Source: an uncultured delta proteobacterium (GTDB lineage: Bacteria > Myxococcota_A > Polyangia > Haliangiales > Haliangiaceae). From it: a stretch of 64,000 bases of DNA. Location: contig CAWKDB010000011.1 of NCBI GenBank assembly GCA_963848295.1, forward strand, positions 512,001 through 576,000, given 5' to 3'. Of the stretch, positions 1-9,916 are shown in pieces. Position 1 is the first letter of the stretch. Each line of letters starts with the position of its first letter. The position numbers and the translations under genes were made by a program. The notes beneath the pieces were generated by a model. That model saw only the letters and a program-made list of their open reading frames with translations, ran no database searches and was not told where the DNA came from.

Positions 1-81
1 CGGGATCGCCTTGGTCGCGGGTAAGAACCGCGTTCCGAGGCCAGCCGCAGGGATCACCGCCTTACGGACCTGGTGCGCCAT
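1..81 (-). CDS. galU: UTP--glucose-1-phosphate uridylyltransferase, N-terminus only (runs off window start)
   Basis: Manual translation from ATG at 81: [27 protein letters not shown], the GalU N-terminal signature; not in the ORF track. Confidence 0.9.
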   Translation of the reverse strand, partial: MAHQVRKAVIPAAGLGTRFLPATKAIP

Positions 82-113
82 GACCGGGCCACCTTACCAT
101 CGGCGTCGGACAC

Positions 114-1142
114 ATGGCCGAGCACCGCCCGTTCCCGCCATCGCCGCGCCGGCGAGCCCTCGCGCGAACCGCCGGGCTGTCGGGGGCGAGCCCGATCGCG
201 ACCGCGGCGATCGGCTGGGTTGCCGCGACGATCGCGATCGCGGCGATCGCGCGCACGGCGGCGTCCGCGCTCGGTGGCTCGGTCGCGGCGGCGTGCTCTG
301 GCTCGGCGACGGCGGTGCAGCCCGGCGCGATCGTCGGCGCGATCGCCGCGGTCGCCGGTCCGCTGCTCGGCGCGGTCGCGCTCGCCGCGATGATCGCGCA
401 CGTGGCGCAGACCGGCGCGTTGTGGTCACCGCGCCGCAAGATCGCGGGCGCACCGAGCTTGCCCGCGGGCGCCGGGCCGCGCGTTCGGCGCGCGGGCCTC
501 GAGCTGTCGTTCGCCGCCGCGATCGGCGCGGTCGGCTTCGGCTGGTTGTGGACGAGCGCGCCGCGGCTCGCCGTGCTCGTCGATGGAACCGCCTGGCCAT
601 CCGGCGATGCGGCGGGTCGCGAGGCGCTGCTCGGCGCCGGTGCGACGCTCGTCGCCGGCGCGCTCACCGCGTTCGCGATCGGTTACGTCGTGCTCGGTGC
701 GATCGATGCGCTGACCCGCCGGCTCGCGCTCGGTCGAGCGCTCGCGATGACCGCTGCCGAGCGCCGCGAGGACGACCGCCTGTCTGCGGCCGACCCGCGC
801 TGGCGAGCCGCGCGCGCCGCCGCCGCGCGCGATGGCCTCGGCGATGCGATCGCGGGCGCGAGGCTCGTGGTGCTCGGTGACGACCTCGCGGTCGCGGTCG
901 CCTGGGACCCGGTCCGCTGCCCGAACCCGATGCGCATCGCGAGCGGTCGCGCCGCGCGCGCCACGCAGATCATCGCGTACGCCCGGCGCTATCAGATCGC
1001 GGTCCATCGCGAGCCGGCGCTCGCAACTTTGGTGGCCCGGAACACGGTGATTTCCGAGGAAGCGTGGCCTCGGTTGGCAGAGATCATCGCGGCTTGCGCT
1101 GGGAGTGACAACACTATTGCGGTGCGCCAACGCGAGAGGTAA
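114..1142 (+). CDS. Divergent FlhB/SctU-like type III export switch protein
   Basis: HRPFPPSPRRRALARTAG resembles the FlhB N-terminal KTE.PT.KR...AR..G; hydrophobic TM region; MTAAERREDDRLSAADPRWR resembles MSKQEVKDE.K..EGDP..K; AVAVAWD...P.RIASG and ARRYQIAVHREPALA match the FlhB C-domain; NPTH motif absent. Confidence 0.75.
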   Translation: MAEHRPFPPSPRRRALARTAGLSGASPIATAAIGWVAATIAIAAIARTAASALGGSVAAACSGSATAVQPGAIVGAIAAVAGPLLGAVALAAMIAHVAQTGALWSPRRKIAGAPSLPAGAGPRVRRAGLELSFAAAIGAVGFGWLWTSAPRLAVLVDGTAWPSGDAAGREALLGAGATLVAGALTAFAIGYVVLGAIDALTRRLALGRALAMTAAERREDDRLSAADPRWRAARAAAARDGLGDAIAGARLVVLGDDLAVAVAWDPVRCPNPMRIASGRAARATQIIAYARRYQIAVHREPALATLVARNTVISEEAWPRLAEIIAACAGSDNTIAVRQRER

Positions 1143-1152
1143 TACGCCCCGC

Positions 1153-2109
1153 GTGAAGCTCTCTCAGCTCGTATGCGCATCGCTCTTGATCGTTCCCGCC
1201 GCCGGTTGCATCGATACCGCCAATACCTCGGACACCGAGGGCGACAGCAGCTCGACGACGTACGTCAACGTCACCGACACCGACAGTGCCGACGGGCTGT
1301 ACGACCTGCAGGGCAAGCTCGCCGCCGAGTTCGCGGAGACCTGCGGCGATACGTTCTGCGAGGGCGAGTACTCGAACCTCACGCCGCTCGGCCTGCAGTG
1401 CTCGGTCACGAGCAAGCGCGGCGACATCCACGATTGCGCGTGGACGTTCGGCGCATCGCAGTTCCTCGTCAACCCGACCGCCGCGACGCTCGAGATCAAC
1501 GCGCCCACGTTCACGTGCCACTTCGCGCCGAAGACCTCGACCACCGCGGCGAAGCTGTTCGCGCTACTCGACGGCGCCGACTCCGCGATCGATACGGTGC
1601 TGCCCGGTTCGTCGACCTCGATCTACGACAGCTTGGTCGATTGTTTCCAGCACCCGGACGGCGCGACGCCGATCTCGATCGTCGCGACCCCGACCCCGAC
1701 CTACGTTGCCGCGAGCGATTACTACGTGAGCGCGGCCGGCAAGGCGAAGTGGGCGGCGGCTCAGAAGGCGCTGCTCGACGGCTTCAACAACGTCTGCGGC
1801 GACACGTTCTGCGGCAGCGACTATGGCGATCTGCAGTCGCTCGGCTTCGAGTGCTCGATCACCAAGTCGACCGGCAACATCAAGTCGTGCGCGTGGGTGT
1901 TCGCCGGCAACTTCGCGGAACCGGACAAGACCGGCAAGCTCGGCGAGACGATCCAATCGTGGAACTGCGCGGTCCACGCGCCGACCACGCTCGCCGCGAT
2001 GATCACGACGTTGACCGCGACGCTGCCCGCGGGCAGTGAAGACCCGATCCATCGCACGCTCGACGGCCTGAACTCGGCGTACGACGACATCGGCAACTGC
2101 CTGCCGTAG
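1153..2109 (+). CDS. Cys-rich putative lipoprotein with two tandem CGDTFC domains
   Basis: GTG start at 1153 gives a signal peptide ending AAGC (lipobox-like); internal duplication CGDTFCEGEYSNL..LQCSV..CAWTF / CGDTFCGSDYGDL..FECSI..CAWVF. Confidence 0.7.
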   Translation: MKLSQLVCASLLIVPAAGCIDTANTSDTEGDSSSTTYVNVTDTDSADGLYDLQGKLAAEFAETCGDTFCEGEYSNLTPLGLQCSVTSKRGDIHDCAWTFGASQFLVNPTAATLEINAPTFTCHFAPKTSTTAAKLFALLDGADSAIDTVLPGSSTSIYDSLVDCFQHPDGATPISIVATPTPTYVAASDYYVSAAGKAKWAAAQKALLDGFNNVCGDTFCGSDYGDLQSLGFECSITKSTGNIKSCAWVFAGNFAEPDKTGKLGETIQSWNCAVHAPTTLAAMITTLTATLPAGSEDPIHRTLDGLNSAYDDIGNCLP

Positions 2110-2123
2110 CGACGGCGCGCTGA

Positions 2124-2798
2124 TCAACGCACGAGCTGTGCGATCGCGATCGCGAGGGTCGCGACCAGGCTCGCGGTGATCATGACGAGGGCCGCAGGTG
2201 CTGCTGCGGCGGCAGGAACGAAACGCGCGCTGCGGCCGGCGACTCGCAGGCCTGCACCGGCGGCGAGCTCGACGACCGCGGCGGTGAGCAACCACGGGGT
2301 CGCGAGCCGGATCGCCGCGGGGATCAGCGCACCGAGCGTGGCGAGCACGCCGGGGGTGGTCGTGGCGAGCGCTGCGCCGGATGGCAACGCGCGATGACTG
2401 TCGAGCACTGCGCGGATCACCGCGATGTGGCCATCGAGCCCGACGAACACCGCCGCGGCGAGCACGGCGAACAACGCGGCGTACGGCCCACCCGCTCCCG
2501 CACCGAGCTGGCTAGAAGCGGAGACGCGATCGACGAGCCGGCCGGCGGTCGCCGCCGCGACGAGCGGGAGCGACGCGATCACACCGAGGGCGGTACCGAG
2601 CACGAGCTCGCGCGCGGCGACGAGCCAACCGAGGTCGACCGCGGCGCTCGCGTCGACCACCATCAGCGCGGTCCACAGGCCGGTCGCGAGCGCGAGCGCG
2701 GCCTGGGCGATGCGCGGGATGCCGCCGACGAGCGAGGTCAACACGAACACCGCCGCTGCTCCACGCAGCGACAGGATCGCGAGCGCCGCTAGCGTCAT
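2124..2798 (-). CDS. Divergent FliR/SctT-like export gate subunit
   Basis: ATG at 2798 overlaps the stop of the fliQ-like gene; very hydrophobic; RELVLGTALG, AGRLVD and VFVGLDGHIAVI resemble FliR motifs; last in the O-P-Q-R order. Confidence 0.75.
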   Translation of the reverse strand: MTLAALAILSLRGAAAVFVLTSLVGGIPRIAQAALALATGLWTALMVVDASAAVDLGWLVAARELVLGTALGVIASLPLVAAATAGRLVDRVSASSQLGAGAGGPYAALFAVLAAAVFVGLDGHIAVIRAVLDSHRALPSGAALATTTPGVLATLGALIPAAIRLATPWLLTAAVVELAAGAGLRVAGRSARFVPAAAAAPAALVMITASLVATLAIAIAQLVR

Positions 2799-3070
2799 CC
2801 GCGCGCCGTGCCGATCGTCGTGATCAGCGGCCACAACGTCGCGGCGAACGCCTGCAGCTGGTGTGCGATCGCCGGCGCGAACAACGCGATCGCGACCCCG
2901 ACCGCCGCGACTCGAGGCGCGAGCGCGACCGCCGGATCTTGGATCTGCGTAAAAGCCGCGACGAGCCCGGTGACCACACCCGCGATCACCGCTGCGACCA
3001 GCAACGGCGCCGCGAGCAACAGCGCGAGCAACGCGCCTTCGCGCATGATCGCGACGAGGCCAGACGTCAC
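2795..3070 (-). CDS. FliQ/SctS-like export gate subunit
   Basis: 91 aa from GTG at 3070 (overlapping the fliP-like stop); LAAPLLVAAVIAGVVTGLVAAFTQIQD...APR matches FliQ/SctS. Confidence 0.85.
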   Translation of the reverse strand: MTSGLVAIMREGALLALLLAAPLLVAAVIAGVVTGLVAAFTQIQDPAVALAPRVAAVGVAIALFAPAIAHQLQAFAATLWPLITTIGTARG

Positions 3071-3741
3071 GCGTAGCCTCTGAGCAACGCATCGATCAGC
3101 AGGCGCCAGCCGTCGACCGCGACGAACAGCAGCAACTTCAACGGCAGCGCCACGACCTGCGGCGACGTCGCCTGCAGCCCGAGCGCGGCGAGCGCTAGCC
3201 CGACGATCAGATCGATGATCAGAAACGGCACGAAGATCACGACCGCGATCGCGAACGCCTGGCGCAGCTCGGTCGTCACGAACGCCGGGCCGAGCACCCA
3301 CAGCTCGCGGCCGTCGGCTTGACGGCCCATCGTATGGGCGAGCTCGGTGAACGTTTCGCGATCCTTTGCGCCCGCGTGCTTGTCGAGAAACTCGCGCAAC
3401 GGCTCCACCGCACGCTCGGCGGCCGCGAGCTGGCCCTGATATTCGGCGGGCACCAGCTCGTGCAGCGCGTTGTCGAGAGAGCCCGGGGCGGGCGCCGGCG
3501 CGACCTCGGTGCTCTGCGCAGCCCTGGCCATCGCCAGCCCGACCGGCGCCATCACGAAGAACGTCAGCACGAGCGCGAGCCCGGTGACGACGAGCCCCGA
3601 CGGTGCGTCGGGCGCGCCGATCGCGTTGCGCACGAGCGACAGCACGACCGAAATCTTCACGAAGCTAGTCAGCACCAAGACGATCAGCGGCACGATCGCG
3701 ATCGTCGCGAGCAGCGCCGCGTTGCCCAAGCCGCCGGTCAC
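3067..3741 (-). CDS. FliP/SctR-like export gate subunit
   Basis: GTG start at 3741; motifs TSFVKISVVLSLVRNAIG, LALVLTFFVMAPV, PAFVTTELRQAF, FVPFLIIDLIV, LPLKLLLFVAVDGW; no cleavable signal peptide (SctR-like). Confidence 0.9.
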   Translation of the reverse strand: MTGGLGNAALLATIAIVPLIVLVLTSFVKISVVLSLVRNAIGAPDAPSGLVVTGLALVLTFFVMAPVGLAMARAAQSTEVAPAPAPGSLDNALHELVPAEYQGQLAAAERAVEPLREFLDKHAGAKDRETFTELAHTMGRQADGRELWVLGPAFVTTELRQAFAIAVVIFVPFLIIDLIVGLALAALGLQATSPQVVALPLKLLLFVAVDGWRLLIDALLRGYA

Positions 3742-4130
3742 GGCGTCTCGCCCGGTGGCGGCGCCGGCGGCGGTGGGCGCTTGCGGCCGAGCGCGCGGGC
3801 CACGAGGTCGGCGAAGCCCGGGCGCTCGACGACGCGCGCTCGCACCTCGCTGCCATCGAGCTCGGACAGCACCGACAGGCCCATCTCGCTCGTCCCGACG
3901 AGCAGCGTCTTGCCCGCGACCTCGACGACGTAGAGCGATCGCCGAGGCTCCAGCGGCAGGCGCGCGACGACGTCGAGCACGTGCGCGCCACGCGTGCGGC
4001 CGGTCGCCATCCATCGGCCGAGCACGCGCACGGCCACGACCGCGACGATGCTGACGACGCCGAGCACGATCAGCGAGGTGACGAGCAGATCACCGTAGCC
4101 AGCTCCACCAGACACGCCATTCCCGGGCAT
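3738..4130 (-). CDS. FliO-like export gate assembly chaperone
   Basis: One N-terminal TM, then LDVVARLPLEPRRSLYVVEVAGKTLLVGTSE, typical of the FliO cytoplasmic domain; directly upstream of the fliP-like gene; ATG at 4130 preferred as start. Confidence 0.8.
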   Translation of the reverse strand: MPGNGVSGGAGYGDLLVTSLIVLGVVSIVAVVAVRVLGRWMATGRTRGAHVLDVVARLPLEPRRSLYVVEVAGKTLLVGTSEMGLSVLSELDGSEVRARVVERPGFADLVARALGRKRPPPPAPPPGETP

Positions 4131-4200
4131 GGGCGTGGTGTTACCAAGCCGGTCTGACGTTGCCGGGATCACCGGCGACTCCGGGTCTTCGAGCTCCCCG

Positions 4201-4233
4201 AAAACGAACACGGCCCCCGAGGGGGCCGTGTTC
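4201..4233 (-). terminator. Intrinsic terminator after the OB-fold lipoprotein gene
   Basis: Perfect 12-bp stem gaacacggcccc/ggggccgtgttc with a 4-nt loop, followed by GTTTT on the minus strand, 20 nt past the stop at 4254. Confidence 0.8.
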
Positions 4234-4253
4234 ACCCGAGTCGCTCGCTCTGG

Positions 4254-5834
4254 CTACATGCCCGTGCAGGCCGTGCCGGTGCCACCCGTCGGCGGAGCCG
4301 CCGTGAGCAGGATCTCGTAGCTGCCCGCGCCGGTCGTGTCGTACGTCCAGATGCCGGTCAGGTTCGCGTAGCAGGTGCCGATCGCATCGGCGGTATAGCC
4401 GGCGCCGAGCATCGCGGTACCGACCGAGATCACCGTGCCGCCCGAGGTCAGCTTGCCGAAGTGGCCCGCGATCGCGGTCGTGATCTTGAACTGGCTCGCC
4501 GGCGTCAGCTTCACGTACGAGCCGATCAGCGGGTGGCCGTTCGCGTCCGCCGACAAGCTCGTCATCGTCGCCGTGGAGTTCAACGTTGCCGGCGTGCAGG
4601 TCGCGACGTCCTTCGTGACCTGGAGGCCCGCGAGCTCGATCTCGCCTTCCGGCGCGGTCGACCCGCTCGACTTGAACGAGCTGACCGTTCCAACGAGGTC
4701 GACCGTATCACCGACCGCGAGCCCGGTCGGCAGCGGCTGGCCGCCGCCGTACATGTAGATGCCCTGGTCGGCCGCCGCGGTGCCGGCGGTCGCGAGGTAC
4801 AGGTTCGTGCCGTTGATCGCGGTGACGCACGAGCTGGCGATCAGCACGCCGGCGGCCGGCAGCGTCGGGTTCGCCGGATCGGCGTCGCCCGCCTGGTCGA
4901 TCGCCTTGATCGTCGTGGTCGTGTGGCAGGTGTCGGCGGTGATGATGCAGTTGTCGTCGTTACAGTCGGCGAAGCCGTTGCCGTCGTTGTCGATGCTGTC
5001 GCCGCACACCGTCTCCGCCGCCGGGCAACCGGTGCCGCCGGTGACGAGGTCCGCCGACGTCCGCGGCAGCACCAGGTAGTCGTAGAAGTAGTCGACGATG
5101 CCGGTCACGCTCGACAGGCACGTGTTGCGCGCGACGCCCGACATCGTGATGTCGGACAGGCTGCCTTCGACCTTCGCGACGCCGGTGATCCCGAACGAGT
5201 AGTCGTCGGCCGGGGTCGGCATCGTCGAGCCGAACGCCTTGGGCGCGCCGAGCGCGGCGACGTTGGTCATCGTCACGAGCACGCCGTCCCATTGCTTCCA
5301 CGCGGCGGAGAAGTTCGGGCCTTGCGCGTCGGCGTCGCTCATCTGGCCGTACATCAGCGCGTCGACGACGGCGGGCGCCGGCACCGAGCCCGTTCCGGTC
5401 TTCGTGATCGTCATCGTGCCGCCGGCGACCGGCTCGAGCTCGACATCGGTGCGGCCGGTCGGATCGGCGTTCGAGCCGGTGAGCGCGAACTCGTCCTTCA
5501 CCGCGCCGCTGAGGCTGATGATGTCGCCCGGGTTCAGCGTCGCGACCGTCGCGGCGTCGCCGTGATAGACGAGCACGCCGGAGTTCGGCCCACCCTCGGG
5601 CTCTTCGATCCAGAAGTTGCCGACCGTGCCGCCGAAGTTGTCGATCGCGGTGACGACCACGCCGGCGACCGCGACCTGCGTACCAGCGGCCATCATGGGG
5701 TCCTGGATCATCTGGATGGTAACGGTGCCGCCGTTGGGTGCATCGCTGCCACCTGGGCTGTCGGGACCGTTGGTGCTGCTACGGCAACCGAAGAGCGCGA
5801 GTCCGAGCGAGGCGACGACGAACGAGTTTCGCAT
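4254..5834 (-). CDS. Lipoprotein with repeated OB-fold-like domains and a Cys/Asp-rich metal-binding motif
   Basis: Lipobox LFGC; two similar blocks (GVVVTAI..FWIEE..SGVLVY..GDIISLSGAV / SCVTAI..LYL..QGIYMY..GDTVDLVGTV) resembling YhcR/ExeM OB folds; central ETVCGDSIDNDGNGFADCNDDNC. Confidence 0.6.
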   Translation of the reverse strand: MRNSFVVASLGLALFGCRSSTNGPDSPGGSDAPNGGTVTIQMIQDPMMAAGTQVAVAGVVVTAIDNFGGTVGNFWIEEPEGGPNSGVLVYHGDAATVATLNPGDIISLSGAVKDEFALTGSNADPTGRTDVELEPVAGGTMTITKTGTGSVPAPAVVDALMYGQMSDADAQGPNFSAAWKQWDGVLVTMTNVAALGAPKAFGSTMPTPADDYSFGITGVAKVEGSLSDITMSGVARNTCLSSVTGIVDYFYDYLVLPRTSADLVTGGTGCPAAETVCGDSIDNDGNGFADCNDDNCIITADTCHTTTTIKAIDQAGDADPANPTLPAAGVLIASSCVTAINGTNLYLATAGTAAADQGIYMYGGGQPLPTGLAVGDTVDLVGTVSSFKSSGSTAPEGEIELAGLQVTKDVATCTPATLNSTATMTSLSADANGHPLIGSYVKLTPASQFKITTAIAGHFGKLTSGGTVISVGTAMLGAGYTADAIGTCYANLTGIWTYDTTGAGSYEILLTAAPPTGGTGTACTGM

Positions 5835-5896
5835 TGCGTGTTTCTCCGAGGGTGAAGCCGGGAATCAATAACCAAACGACGCGCCGCTGTATACCG

Positions 5897-5924
5897 AAAA
5901 AGCGAACGCCGCCCTGCGGCGGCG
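5897..5924 (-). terminator. Intrinsic terminator of the alpha operon
   Basis: Stem cgccgcc/ggcggcg with a 4-nt loop, then TTCGCTTTTT on the minus strand downstream of rplQ. Confidence 0.65.
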
Positions 5925-5978
5925 ATCACATAACAACACGTGATGACAGTTGTGTGGCGGTTTGGCCGCTGGAGCGCG

Positions 5979-6404
5979 CTACGCGGCCGCCGTCGGCGCG
6001 AGCCCGACGAGCTCGATGAACGCCATCGGGGCGGCATCGCCCTTGCGAACCCGGGTCTTTAGCACGCGGGTAAAGCCACCTTTACGGGTCGCGAAGTGCG
6101 GGCCGATCTCCGAGAACAAGCGCGCGAGCACTTTGTCCGTCTTGATCGTCTGCGCCGCCATGCGATGAGCGTGCACGACCTGTGCGCGCTCGGCCTTCGT
6201 GGCCTTGTCGCCCTTGGCGACGATCGCGTGGACGGACACACCCCAGCTGATCGTGGCTTCGGCGAAGCCGCGAAGCTCCTTGGCCTTGGCCTCGGTGGTC
6301 TCGATCCGCCCATGCTCGAGCAGCGAGGTCACCATGTTGTTGAACAGCGCCTTGCGATGCGAGGCGTTGCGACCGAGCTTCCGACCAGATTTCATGTGGC
6401 GCAT
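5979..6404 (-). CDS. rplQ: 50S ribosomal protein bL17
   Basis: [20 protein letters not shown]...[12 protein letters not shown]; follows rpoA. Confidence 0.98.
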   Translation of the reverse strand: MRHMKSGRKLGRNASHRKALFNNMVTSLLEHGRIETTEAKAKELRGFAEATISWGVSVHAIVAKGDKATKAERAQVVHAHRMAAQTIKTDKVLARLFSEIGPHFATRKGGFTRVLKTRVRKGDAAPMAFIELVGLAPTAAA

Positions 6405-6425
6405 AGCAGTCTCTCTTTAGTTCGC

Positions 6426-7442
<1,017 letters not shown>

Positions 7443-7541
7443 CTGTCTCTCCTTGGTCGACCGCTTTCATCACGGCCGAGTTGTCGTGCAGGTTTTCGAG
7501 GCCTGCCCCAAAGTCTTCGGCGGAAAATTCCGTCGAAGGTC

Positions 7542-8171
7542 TTACTTGCTATAAAGCTCGATGATCAGCTGCTCGCGGATCGGCAGCGTCACGTCTTCGC
7601 GCGACGGCAGCTGAGCGATCGCGCCGCGGAAGTTGTCCTTGTCCATCTGGATCCACTGCGGCACGCCGCGGCGATCGACCGCTGCGAGCGCTTCGTTGAT
7701 CCGCGCCATCTTCTGCGACGGCTCCTTGACCTGGACGATGTCCTTCGCGCGGACGAGGTACGACGGGATGTTGACCTTCTTGTTGTTGATCAAGAAGTGG
7801 CCGTGGCGAACCAGCTGGCGCGCCTCGGCGTGATCCGACGCGAAGCCCATCCGGTAGACGACGTTGTCGAGCCGGCGCTCGAGCAGCTGGATCAGCGTGT
7901 GACCGGTGACGCCCGGCATCCGGATCGCCTTGTAGTAGTAGCCGCGGAACTGACGCTCCGCGATGCCGTAGATCCGCTTGACCTTCTGCTTCTCGCGCAG
8001 CTGCTCGCCGTAGTCCGAGCGCTTGCGGCGGCGATTCTGGCCGTGCTGACCGGGCGGATAGCTACGACGCTCGTAGCCGCACTTGTCGGTGTAGCAGCGC
8101 TCTCCCTTGAGGAAGAGCTTCATGTCTTCGCGCCGGCAGAGCCGACAAACCGCACCAGTATAACGAGCCAT
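7542..8171 (-). CDS. rpsD: 30S ribosomal protein uS4 (Zn-binding type)
   Basis: [15 protein letters not shown]...QLREKQK...[13 protein letters not shown]. Confidence 0.99.
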   Translation of the reverse strand: MARYTGAVCRLCRREDMKLFLKGERCYTDKCGYERRSYPPGQHGQNRRRKRSDYGEQLREKQKVKRIYGIAERQFRGYYYKAIRMPGVTGHTLIQLLERRLDNVVYRMGFASDHAEARQLVRHGHFLINNKKVNIPSYLVRAKDIVQVKEPSQKMARINEALAAVDRRGVPQWIQMDKDNFRGAIAQLPSREDVTLPIREQLIIELYSK

Positions 8172-8201
8172 GGTCTTTTTCTTACTCGGCTTCGGAGGTG
8201 A

Positions 8202-8591
8202 TCAAACGCGACGGCGCTTGCGCGGCCGGCATCCGTTGTGAGGGACAGGCGTGACGTCGCGGATCAGGTTGATCTTGAAGCCCACCGCATTGAGCGCGCG
8301 CAGCGCCGACTCGCGGCCGGAGCCCGGACCGTTGACGTAGACCGTCACGTTGCGGACGCCGTGCTCCATCGCCTTCTTGGCGGCGTCCTCGGCGGCGAGC
8401 TGCGCCGCGAACGGCGTCGACTTGCGCGAGCCCTTGAACCCGCACGTGCCGGAGCTCGACCACGCGACGACGTTGCCCGAGACGTCCGTGATCGAAACGA
8501 TCGTGTTGTTGAACGTCGCGGAGATGTGCGCGACGCCGGTCTGGATGTTCTTCCGGACCTTCTTCTTCTGCTTGGCTTTGACGGTCGACAT
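8202..8591 (-). CDS. rpsK: 30S ribosomal protein uS11
   Basis: [26 protein letters not shown]. Confidence 0.99.
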   Translation of the reverse strand: MSTVKAKQKKKVRKNIQTGVAHISATFNNTIVSITDVSGNVVAWSSSGTCGFKGSRKSTPFAAQLAAEDAAKKAMEHGVRNVTVYVNGPGSGRESALRALNAVGFKINLIRDVTPVPHNGCRPRKRRRV

Positions 8592-8606
8592 GATTTTCTC
8601 GCTCGC

Positions 8607-8990
8607 CTACTTCTTGGTAACGGCGCCCATCTTCTTCACCGCCATGCGGCGCGGTCCCTTACGCGTGCGGGCATTCGTGTGCGTGCGTTGACCGCGAACC
8701 GGCAGGTTGCGGCGATGACGACCGCCGCGGTAGCTGCCGAGATCGATCAGCCGCTTGATGTTGAGCTGGACGTCCCGCTTGAGATCGCCTTCGACGCGGT
8801 AGTGAGCTTCGATCGCGTCGCGGATCTTGCGGACGTCGTTCTCGTCGAGGTCGTCGCTCTTCTTGTCCGGCGAGACGCCGGCGTCAGAGAGCACGACGTT
8901 CGCCGCGTGGCGACCGAGGCCGTAGATGTACGTGAGCGCGATCTCGATCCGCTTGTTGCGCGGGAGGTCGATGCCTGCGATGCGAGCCAT
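8607..8990 (-). CDS. rpsM: 30S ribosomal protein uS13
   Basis: [10 protein letters not shown]...[17 protein letters not shown]. Confidence 0.99.
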   Translation of the reverse strand: MARIAGIDLPRNKRIEIALTYIYGLGRHAANVVLSDAGVSPDKKSDDLDENDVRKIRDAIEAHYRVEGDLKRDVQLNIKRLIDLGSYRGGRHRRNLPVRGQRTHTNARTRKGPRRMAVKKMGAVTKK

Positions 8991-8993
8991 GGC

Positions 8994-9107
8994 TTAGCCC
9001 TGCCTCTGCTTGTGACGAGGATTGGAGCAGATCACGCGCACGACACCCTTGCGCTTGATGATCTTGCACTTGGGGCAGATGGGTTTGACGGATGCACGTA
9101 CCTTCAT
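8994..9107 (-). CDS. rpmJ: 50S ribosomal protein bL36 (Zn-ribbon type)
   Basis: Manual translation [37 protein letters not shown]; too short for the ORF track; start overlaps the map stop. Confidence 0.98.
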   Translation of the reverse strand: MKVRASVKPICPKCKIIKRKGVVRVICSNPRHKQRQG

Positions 9108-9898
9108 GGCGACTGTCCAATAACTCCGGGCTGCGTCGAGGATGGGCGAGTGAGCACCCAAGGTCCCTCATCGGTGATGGCGATCGTGTGCTCGAAGTGC
9201 GCGGACATCGAGCGATCTTTAGTCACGGCCGTCCATTCATCGTCGAGGATCTCTACCTCAGGGGTCCCGGCGTTTACCATGGGTTCGACGGCGATGACAA
9301 GGCCGGTCTTGAGCCGTTTCCCCGAGTCCGGGGCGCCGAAGTTCGGGACCTGCGGTTCCTCGTGCATCTGCCGGCCCGTGCCGTGGCCGACAAACTGATG
9401 GACGACCGAATAGCCGCGTGATTCCGCATAGCTCTGGACCGCGTGGCCGACGTCGCCCAGCCGATGGCCGACCGTGCACATCGCGATCGCGGCATCGAGG
9501 GCCTCGCGCGCGGCATCGACCAATTTGCGCTTGTCCGGGCTGACGTTGCCGACCATGACGGTGCGGGCGGTGTCGGCGCAGAACCCGTGCATGAAGATGC
9601 CGAAATCGATGCCGATGATGTCGCCGTCTTTGAGGACCTCGTTCTTGCGCGGGATGCCGTGGACGATGACCTCGTTGATCGACGTGCACACGACCGCGGG
9701 ATACGGCGGGCTCGCATAGCCGAGGAACGCGCTCTTGACCCTGTGCTTGTCGATGCCAGCGCGCGCGATGCGATCGAGCTCGAACGTCGAAGTACCCGCG
9801 ACCGCGGCGGTGCACATCGACTCGAGGATCTCGGCGGCGACGAGGCCGGCTTCCCGCATCAGCCGAACCTCGGCCGGCGACTTGTAGATGATCCGCAT
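9104..9898 (-). CDS. map: Methionine aminopeptidase type I
   Basis: [44 protein letters not shown]. Confidence 0.97.
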   Translation of the reverse strand: MRIIYKSPAEVRLMREAGLVAAEILESMCTAAVAGTSTFELDRIARAGIDKHRVKSAFLGYASPPYPAVVCTSINEVIVHGIPRKNEVLKDGDIIGIDFGIFMHGFCADTARTVMVGNVSPDKRKLVDAAREALDAAIAMCTVGHRLGDVGHAVQSYAESRGYSVVHQFVGHGTGRQMHEEPQVPNFGAPDSGKRLKTGLVIAVEPMVNAGTPEVEILDDEWTAVTKDRSMSAHFEHTIAITDEGPWVLTRPSSTQPGVIGQSP

Positions 9899-9916
9899 CG
9901 CCGCGCCTCGCGCGCC

